A program made the position numbers and the translations under genes. This document shows positions 7,957 through 13,905 of a stretch of 33,538 nt of DNA, piece after piece (position 1 is the stretch's first letter; each line of letters opens with the position of its first letter). The notes beneath the pieces are model-generated. The model saw only the letters and a program-made list of their open reading frames with translations, was not told where the DNA came from and did no database searches. This DNA comes from Candidatus Moraniibacteriota bacterium (GTDB lineage Bacteria > Patescibacteriota > Minisyncoccia > Moranbacterales > UBA9337), in the NCBI GenBank assembly GCA_034007405.1, contig JAVEQZ010000001.1:1-33538 (forward strand), written 5' to 3'.

Positions 7957-7980
7957 ATCCTTTTTTTATTCTTTAAATTA

Positions 7981-8141
7981 TTAAATTAAGCGGTATCAAA
8001 CAAAGCCTACTTCAACGCTTTAGCATTGAATTTATTTCCCGAAAAAGAATTCTTTTTTTGTAGCTGCCATAAGAAATGAATGGCCGGAAAAAAAGAAACT
8101 TCATAGGGAAATAAATGGTCTATTCTCTACCGGTTCAATCC
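7981..8141 (-). repeat. Copy 1 of a ~160-nt dispersed intergenic repeat (structured-RNA or MITE-like), 25 nt upstream of the eno ATG
   Basis: It aligns by eye over its whole length with 11782-11942 and 33065-33222. Internal complementary blocks are 7991-7995/8128-8132, 8030-8040/8106-8116 and 8050-8059/8088-8097. The strand is assigned from the neighbouring gene and is uncertain. Confidence 0.7.
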
Positions 8142-8182
8142 TTTTTAAATTATACTCTTTTTTAAAATCAATCACAAGCATC

Positions 8183-8218
8183 AAAAAAACCATCCGCCTC
8201 GGGCGGATGGTTTGTTTT
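8183..8218. terminator. Bidirectional intrinsic terminator downstream of the KH-domain gene
   Basis: A 9-bp GC-rich stem ccatccgcc-tcg-ggcggatgg (8190-8210), flanked by aaaaaaa and tttgtttt. Confidence 0.7.
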
Positions 8219-8235
8219 CTATCAAAGAGAAAAAA

Positions 8236-8574
8236 TTACATTTTTTCAATCTCTCCCACTACATCGTCAATACTTTTCTTCTCCGGAGCAACAGAGGCTT
8301 GATTTCTCATAGCTCTTTCCGATCCTTCCGGTTCATTGATTTTTAGATTCACGCGAGCGTTATTTTTTGCTCCGATAACTCTTAGCAAAGTTCTTAGCGC
8401 TTTAGCTGTTTGTCCTTCGCGGCCGATGACTATTCCCATATCTTTTGGATCAACATCCAAAGTGATAAGAACACCCATTTCATCCACCTTTCTTTCTACT
8501 TTTACTGCACTTGGATTGTCAACAAGCATTTTGACCACCTGCTCGATAAATCCTGCGTCGATTGTTTCTGACAT
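8236..8574 (-). CDS. KH-domain RNA-binding protein (YlqC/KhpA family) with a C-terminal extension
   Basis: 112 aa. LVDNPSAVKVERKVDEMGVLITLDVDPKDMGIVIGREGQTAKALRTLL carries the GxxG KH core. Confidence 0.8.
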   Translation of the reverse strand: MSETIDAGFIEQVVKMLVDNPSAVKVERKVDEMGVLITLDVDPKDMGIVIGREGQTAKALRTLLRVIGAKNNARVNLKINEPEGSERAMRNQASVAPEKKSIDDVVGEIEKM

Positions 8575-8641
8575 ACTTTTTTCTTTTCTTACTAATTATC
8601 GAAACGACACTCTTTATATTTTTTAAATCGTTTCATTAAAG

Positions 8642-8670
8642 ATTATAAATTATTTACCAATTTCTGTCAA
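8642..8670 (-). promoter_or_regulatory. Consensus sigma70 promoter for the KH-domain gene (TTGACA-17-TATAAT)
   Basis: The minus strand reads ttgacagaaattggtaaataatttataat, with both hexamers perfect. It lies about 60-70 nt upstream of the ATG at 8574. Confidence 0.6.
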
Positions 8671-8753
8671 ACAAATCCGCCCCACCCAATCATTCTCCTC
8701 TAAATCTGCACCTCTCCGATAATTTGAATAAAAAAACCTTTCCATGAAATCGC

Positions 8754-9209
8754 TTAATCTCCGATACAATTCTTATCTCCGATATATCCTCGACCTTTTG
8801 CCTCCTCTTCGCTTTTGAAACAGATTAAGTTTTCCGGTTTAATGTTTTTTGCCCAACGACAATCCGGTTTGTGATATTTATTGGAATTTTTACTCCCCAT
8901 AAAAGCGCATTCTGTCTTTTGCGCCATTTGATTATCGGCAAGTTCGCTCTTTGGAGAGTTCTCCGCCCCCAAAACGGCTTGATCTAAATTTTCCGGCGCA
9001 ACCGTTTCTTTTTCCGGAGCGGTTTGGACCACCAAAGGGGCGACCTTTATTTTATGCCCCTCCAAAACCCCCACCTCAAAAGAAATTATCGCAATCAAAA
9101 AAATTCCCAAACTTAGGACGATTTTACTCTCATTTTTCTTCCAAAAATCAACAATTTGTCCGATTCGCCCCCCTGGGCCTTTAACCGAACTCTTATTTTT
9201 TATTGACAT
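8754..9209 (-). CDS. Membrane-anchored protein with a C-terminal Ada-like Cys/His metal-binding-type domain
   Basis: 151 aa. It has one TM helix (IVLSLGIFLIAIISFEVGVL). The C-terminus KYHKPDCRWAKNI...FKSEEEAKGRGYIGDKNC resembles the Ada N-terminal Zn-binding fold. Confidence 0.65.
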   Translation of the reverse strand: MSIKNKSSVKGPGGRIGQIVDFWKKNESKIVLSLGIFLIAIISFEVGVLEGHKIKVAPLVVQTAPEKETVAPENLDQAVLGAENSPKSELADNQMAQKTECAFMGSKNSNKYHKPDCRWAKNIKPENLICFKSEEEAKGRGYIGDKNCIGD

Positions 9210-9230
9210 TTCTTTGAAATTTGTTATACT
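9203..9230 (+). promoter_or_regulatory. rpmA promoter (TTGACA-16-TGtTATACT)
   Basis: The plus strand reads ttgacatttctttgaaatttgttatact. The -35 overlaps the start codon of the divergent gene 8754..9209. Confidence 0.55.
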
Positions 9231-9264
9231 TATTTCTGTTAGTTTAATATGCTAAATAAATTTT

Positions 9265-9549
9265 ATGGCACATCGTAAAGCCGGCGGGTCAACTCAGTAT
9301 GGTCGAGATTCCATCTCCAAAAGACTGGGAGTTAAAATTTTCGGAAGCGAAAAGGCAAAAACCGGAAATATAATCGTCCGCCAAAAAGGAACAAAATTTC
9401 ACCCCGGAAAAAATGTCGGTCGCGGAGAAAATGACACTTTATACGCTTTGACTGACGGAATTGTCCAATTCAGCAAAAAGAAAGTTATCGCTTTTACCGG
9501 CAAGATAGCTAAGCGCAGATTCGTCAGCATCACTCCGGAGAAAAAATAG
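9265..9549 (+). CDS. rpmA: 50S ribosomal protein L27
   Basis: 94 aa. [16 protein letters not shown]...[19 protein letters not shown] is canonical L27. Confidence 0.92.
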   Translation: MAHRKAGGSTQYGRDSISKRLGVKIFGSEKAKTGNIIVRQKGTKFHPGKNVGRGENDTLYALTDGIVQFSKKKVIAFTGKIAKRRFVSITPEKK

Positions 9550-9570
9550 TTTCCGAACATATCTCACAAA

Positions 9571-9595
9571 CAGACAACACCGGTTGTCTGTTTTT
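9571..9595 (+). terminator. Intrinsic terminator after rpmA
   Basis: Hairpin cagacaac-accg-gttgtctg followed by ttttt. The T-run overlaps the pyrG stop codon. Confidence 0.6.
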
Positions 9596-11225
9596 ATTTT
9601 TTTATCGCATTGATGAAAGCGAAAAAAAGCGGATGCGAGCTTAACGGGGTTGATTTGAATTCCGGATGAAACTGAACGGCCAAGAAGAAAGGATGCTTCT
9701 CTACAGGCAATTCAACTATCTCCATCAAGCGGGAATCTTGGGACTTACCGGAAAAAATCATTCCACTCTCCTCAATCATCTTGATATAATCCGGATTAAC
9801 TTCCCAACGATGGCGATGGCGCTCGGAAATTTCTTTTTTACCATAAGCCTTATAAGCGATAGTGCCTTTGGTCAAAAATGCAGGATAAGCCCCTAAACGC
9901 ATAGTAGCTCCGTAATTTTTGTCCTCCAGATTCTTCTTTTGCTCCGGCATAATATCAATCACCGGATTTTTGGTATTTCGATCAATCTCGGTGGTATGCG
10001 CATCTTTTAAGCCCAAAACATTTCTAGCATATTCAATTACCGCCAACTGCATTCCGTAACAAAGACCCAAAAAAGGAATCTTGTTTTCCCGGCAATATTT
10101 TATAACATTTATCTTTCCTTCAATCCCTCGAGAGCCGAATCCGCCCGGCACCACTATTCCGTCAAATCCCTTCAATTCCTCCATATTTTTGCCTTTCTTC
10201 TCAAAATCCTCGCTGTTGAGCCATTCAATTTGCGGTTTGACTCTGGCTTTGAAACAAGCGTGCTTGATCGATTCAATCACGCTAATATAGGAATCTCCCA
10301 GCAAAAATTCACCGGTCCCAAAATATTTCCCGACAATTCCGATTTTAACTGATTTTTCCGATTTTTTGATATTTTCCACCAAATTATACCAACTCTTCAA
10401 ATCGGTCTTTCTCGTCGGCAGATTCATTTTTTTTAAGATTCTCCTACTCAAATCATCTCGCTCGAAATTTATCAAAACCTCGTAAACATTCTCCACATCC
10501 GGAGCGGAAATAATATCTTTTTCATTAACATTGCAAAAAAGAGCGATTTTTTGTTTTCTTTTATCGTCAATCGCCACTTCACTCCGAGCAATAATAATAT
10601 CCGGATTGATTCCGTTGGCATTTAGTTCTCTGACTGCCTGTTGAGTCGGCTTGGTCTTCATCTCGCCCACCTTGGGAGGATAAGGCAAATAAGTAATCAT
10701 CACAAAAATCACATCCTTCGGATTTTTCAATTTCATCTGTCGAGCCGCCTCCATAAAAAGCATATTTTCATAATCTCCGATAGTTCCCCCGATTTCAGTC
10801 AAAACGACATCCGCCTCATTATCTCTGGCCGCATTTTTAATTGTTCGAATCACTTCATCGGTAACATGCGGGATAATTTGAACACATTTGCCTTTATAGC
10901 CGAGATTTCTTTCGCGATTGATTACTCGCTGATAAACGCTTCCGGTAGTCATATAGTTTTGTCCGGGCAAAGTAATTTCCATAAAACGCTCGTAATTTCC
11001 CATGTCCTGATCAGTCTCCAAACCGCAATCCATCACAAACACTTCCCCGTGCTCGGTCGGGTTCATTGTGCCGGCATCAACATTGACATAAGGGTCGATT
11101 TTAACCGCTGTCGGCTTGTAGCCCCGCGCTTTCAAAATCGCTCCCAAAGAAGAAGTTGCCACTCCTTTACCGATTCCGCTCATTACTCCACCCAATACAA
11201 AAATATACTTTTTATTTTGCTTCAT
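9594..11225 (-). CDS. pyrG: CTP synthase
   Basis: 543 aa. YIFVLGGVMSGIGKG is the N-terminal synthetase motif. The C-terminal glutamine amidotransferase domain has GLCYGMQ and FHPEF. Confidence 0.95.
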   Translation of the reverse strand: MKQNKKYIFVLGGVMSGIGKGVATSSLGAILKARGYKPTAVKIDPYVNVDAGTMNPTEHGEVFVMDCGLETDQDMGNYERFMEITLPGQNYMTTGSVYQRVINRERNLGYKGKCVQIIPHVTDEVIRTIKNAARDNEADVVLTEIGGTIGDYENMLFMEAARQMKLKNPKDVIFVMITYLPYPPKVGEMKTKPTQQAVRELNANGINPDIIIARSEVAIDDKRKQKIALFCNVNEKDIISAPDVENVYEVLINFERDDLSRRILKKMNLPTRKTDLKSWYNLVENIKKSEKSVKIGIVGKYFGTGEFLLGDSYISVIESIKHACFKARVKPQIEWLNSEDFEKKGKNMEELKGFDGIVVPGGFGSRGIEGKINVIKYCRENKIPFLGLCYGMQLAVIEYARNVLGLKDAHTTEIDRNTKNPVIDIMPEQKKNLEDKNYGATMRLGAYPAFLTKGTIAYKAYGKKEISERHRHRWEVNPDYIKMIEESGMIFSGKSQDSRLMEIVELPVEKHPFFLAVQFHPEFKSTPLSSHPLFFAFINAIKK

Positions 11226-11272
11226 AGCTTGGTTTAAAAATAAATTATATTAAAAATATTTAAAGAGGAAAA

Positions 11273-11719
11273 TTACTTTTCCTCTTTGATTTCGATTATT
11301 ATAGCAGTTTTTATATTTTTCAGAAATTCAATTTCCACCTTTTTTTCTCCCAAATCTTTTATCGGAGCGATCAGCTTCACTTGTCCGCTATTCAATTCAA
11401 TCCCCAATTGGGACTTTATTTCTTGGGCGATTTTTGCTCCGTCTACCGAACCGAAAAGTTTTCCCCCTTTGGCTTTGGCAGAAACGGTTATTTTTTTATC
11501 TTTAATTTCTCGAGCCAACTTGGAAAAATTTTCCATCTCCGCTTTTTCCTTGGCCAGCTTGTCTGAATTATTTTTTTCCACTCTTTTTATCACATCGGGA
11601 GTCGCCACTTGCGCCAATTTTCTTGGAAGAAGCATATTTCTCGCATAGCCGTCGGAAACATTGACCACCTCTCCGACCTTGCCAAGTTTTTTTACATTTT
11701 CCAATAAGACAACTTTCAT
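11273..11719 (-). CDS. rplI: 50S ribosomal protein L9
   Basis: 148 aa. MKVVLLENVKKLGKVGEVVNVSDGYARNMLLPRKLA is the canonical L9 N-domain. Confidence 0.92.
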   Translation of the reverse strand: MKVVLLENVKKLGKVGEVVNVSDGYARNMLLPRKLAQVATPDVIKRVEKNNSDKLAKEKAEMENFSKLAREIKDKKITVSAKAKGGKLFGSVDGAKIAQEIKSQLGIELNSGQVKLIAPIKDLGEKKVEIEFLKNIKTAIIIEIKEEK

Positions 11720-11781
11720 AAGCCCTGAATAAAAATAAAATTAGCCCTCTTTTTAAGACTAAATATTTTTATATTTAAATT

Positions 11782-11942
11782 TTAAATTAAGCGGTATCGA
11801 GTAAAACCCATTTCAATGAAATGACATTGAATTTATTTCCCAAAAAAAGGATTCTTTTTTGTAACTGCCGTATGAAATGAAAGGCCGGAGAAAAAGAAAC
11901 TTTTTTGGAAAATAAATACGCTATTTACCGCCATTTCAATCT
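11782..11942 (-). repeat. Copy 2 of the ~160-nt repeat family, 63 nt upstream of the rplI ATG
   Basis: It is collinear with 7981-8141, and most positions are identical by eye. The outer pairing gcggta/taccgc is preserved, as are the inner A/T-rich pairings. Confidence 0.7.
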
Positions 11943-11990
11943 CTAACCCATTTTATATCAAAAAAATCAGTTTAGCAAGCCAGCCGGAAT

Positions 11991-12030
11991 ATTTAAAAAG
12001 GCGGAGGAATGACTTTTGCCATCCTCCGCC
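11991..12030 (-). terminator. Intrinsic terminator after orphan gene 12038..12409
   Basis: A 9-bp stem ggcggagga...tcctccgcc (12000-12030) is followed on the minus strand by ttttt. Confidence 0.5.
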
Positions 12031-12037
12031 CACCAGA

Positions 12038-12409
12038 TCAAATCTGTTCTTCTTTCATAAGTTCATTGATCCTGAAAATTATAAAAGTCAAATGATCAGA
12101 ACCAACTTTATCAATTATTGATTGAAACTTTTCCAGTCCTCCAAAAAGACATTCCTTATCTTGAATAAAAAAATCGACTTCTTGCTTTTCAAAAACCTTA
12201 TTGAGGTACGAAATTATTTCGTCCATCATCCTTCTCGTGTGATCATCTTTTGCTCTCTCCTCGACAAAAGAAGGATCGTTAAATTTAATGATGAGCCTCT
12301 TGTGCAAATGGGAAAAAATAGTTCTCTTTTGACTTGCGGTAACAATTTCCTCCGTCGAATAAGCTTCGTAAATTGATCTTATTTTTTCCATTACCGTTTC
12401 CGTTTCCAT
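12038..12409 (-). CDS. Hypothetical protein, no recognisable family
   Basis: 123-aa ORF with a good SD (aaaggagaagaaaATG). Its composition is acidic and helical-looking. It lies between its own leader and terminator. Confidence 0.6.
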   Translation of the reverse strand: METETVMEKIRSIYEAYSTEEIVTASQKRTIFSHLHKRLIIKFNDPSFVEERAKDDHTRRMMDEIISYLNKVFEKQEVDFFIQDKECLFGGLEKFQSIIDKVGSDHLTFIIFRINELMKEEQI

Positions 12410-12495
12410 TTTCTTCTCCTTTTTCCATTATTTTGCCTCACTTAGAAATTAAGTTTGGCGATAAAAGTTTCTCTCAATATTTTTCGTCAAAGAAC

Positions 12496-12521
12496 AAAAA
12501 AACCGGTCTCGGAGAGACCGG
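12496..12521 (-). terminator. Leader terminator/attenuator hairpin upstream of orphan gene 12038..12409
   Basis: ccggtctc-gga-gagaccgg (12503-12521) is followed on the minus strand by seven U (12496-12502). It sits inside a 5' leader, not after a gene. Confidence 0.55.
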
Positions 12522-12653
12522 CTTATTTTTATCAAGAAATTTTTTAATTTATTCTTTTCTCGGCAAAAACAAAACGGTCTCTCGTCATAAACCAGAAATA
12601 AAAGTAAAAATATAAAGTTTTTGCTGTTTTTTGAATCATATTTTTCTGAAATA

Positions 12654-12682
12654 ATATTATTCTTTTTTTTATTTTTTGTCAA
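12654..12682 (-). promoter_or_regulatory. Near-consensus sigma70 promoter (TTGACA-17-TAATAT) driving the leader of 12038..12409
   Basis: The minus strand reads ttgacaaaaaataaaaaaaagaataatat. The predicted TSS is near 12647, about 240 nt upstream of the ATG at 12409. Confidence 0.55.
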
Positions 12683-12729
12683 ATTTTAAAAGAGTAATAT
12701 CAAGAGGAACTTAAAAGTTGCAAAAAATG

Positions 12730-12738
12730 TGTTATACT
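12730..12738 (+). promoter_or_regulatory. Extended -10 element (TGtTATACT) upstream of dprA
   Basis: tgttatact lies 30 nt upstream of the dprA ATG. The -35 region (ttaaaa) is weak. Confidence 0.35.
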
Positions 12739-12768
12739 GAAAATACTTTTTCGCTAAAAATAAAATAA

Positions 12769-13845
12769 ATGCTCTATCTAAATGCACTCAATAAAATTCC
12801 CGGCATCGGTCCGCAAAAAATGAAGCTTCTCATGAACCGTTTCGGCGACAGTAAGAAAGTCTGGGAAAGCGATCTCTCGGAAATTATGGCCGGCGGAATA
12901 AATGAAAAATTAGCCCAAATCATTATCAGAGAAAGGGTCCGCATAAATCCCGAGCTGGAATGGGAAAAACTGACTCGCGAAAATATCCGCCTTATCGACT
13001 TCGACAGTCCCGATTACCCCCGCCTCCTCAAAGAAATCCCCTCAGCTCCCTATTTAATCTATTATAAGGGCGATTACGATTTCAATTCCCGACCGCTTTT
13101 AGCTATCGTCGGCTCCCGCAAATTCACCACTTACGGTCAGCAAGTGGCACTTTCTCTGGCTCGTGATTTGGCCGGTGCCGGCATAACCGTAGTTTCCGGC
13201 ATGGCCTTGGGGATCGACACTTTCGCCCATCGAGGAGCGCTCGAAGCGGGCGGACAAACTCTCGCCGTTTTGGGCAGTAGTCTGGAAGACAGTTTTATCG
13301 GACCCAGGACAAATTTCAATCTCTCTCGCCAAATAATCGCCAACGGAGCCTTGCTCAGCGATTATCCGCCCGGCACTCAAGCCACCGCTCAAACCTTTCC
13401 CGCCCGCAACCGACTGATGGCCGGTTTAACCACCGGCACAATCGTGGTGGAAGCCGCCCAACAAAGCGGGACTTTAATCACCGCCAATATGGCGCTTGAT
13501 TTCAATCGAGAAGTCTTTTCTGTTCCGGGCAACATTTTTTCTCCCGTTTCTCAGGGAACCAATTCCTTAATCAAACAAGGGGCCAAAATCATAACCGGCG
13601 TAAACGACATTTTGGAAGAACTGAATTTAACCGACTTTCGTCAAGAAAAAAAGATTCAAGAAATAATTCCCGCCTCCAAAGAAGAAGAAATTATTTTGCA
13701 AATTTTATCCAACGAACCGCAACACATTGACAGAATAATTAAACTCTCTAAAATAAACACTAGTATTGTTTCGTCCACCCTGATAATTTTGGAAATGAAA
13801 GGTTATATCAAAGACATGGGCGGTCAAAATTATATCCGGTATTAA
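12769..13845 (+). CDS. dprA: DNA processing protein DprA (Smf)
   Basis: 358 aa. The Rossmann-like core is present: LLAIVGSRKFTTYG...VVSGMALGIDTFAHRGALEAG...TFPARNRLMAGL...VVEA...SGTLITA. Confidence 0.9.
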   Translation: MLYLNALNKIPGIGPQKMKLLMNRFGDSKKVWESDLSEIMAGGINEKLAQIIIRERVRINPELEWEKLTRENIRLIDFDSPDYPRLLKEIPSAPYLIYYKGDYDFNSRPLLAIVGSRKFTTYGQQVALSLARDLAGAGITVVSGMALGIDTFAHRGALEAGGQTLAVLGSSLEDSFIGPRTNFNLSRQIIANGALLSDYPPGTQATAQTFPARNRLMAGLTTGTIVVEAAQQSGTLITANMALDFNREVFSVPGNIFSPVSQGTNSLIKQGAKIITGVNDILEELNLTDFRQEKKIQEIIPASKEEEIILQILSNEPQHIDRIIKLSKINTSIVSSTLIILEMKGYIKDMGGQNYIRY

Positions 13846-13905
13846 AAAATCGGATTGTTTTAGTTAAAAACAAAAATTAATTATTAATCAGAATCAAAAA
13901 AATAC

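Noticed and set aside
8012-8104. 30-codon minus-strand ORF inside repeat copy 1 (MKFLFFRPFISYGSYKKRILFREINSMLKR)
   Set aside because: The ATG exists only in copy 1. Copies 2 and 3 lack any start in that frame, and copy 3 stops early. It is treated as non-coding, but the third-position pattern is flagged in the findings.
12373-12682. Track ORFs 12373..12615 (+) and 12449..12682 (-) in the dprA/orphan-gene intergenic region
   Set aside because: Both read across a promoter and an intrinsic terminator hairpin, and have low-complexity composition with no SD. The region is better explained as a regulatory leader.
13099-13392. Minus-strand ORFs 13099..13392 and 13137..13343 in the GC-richer part of dprA
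   Set aside because: They are antisense to the conserved DprA Rossmann core. The local GC increase reflects Gly/Ala-rich DprA motifs, not a second gene.
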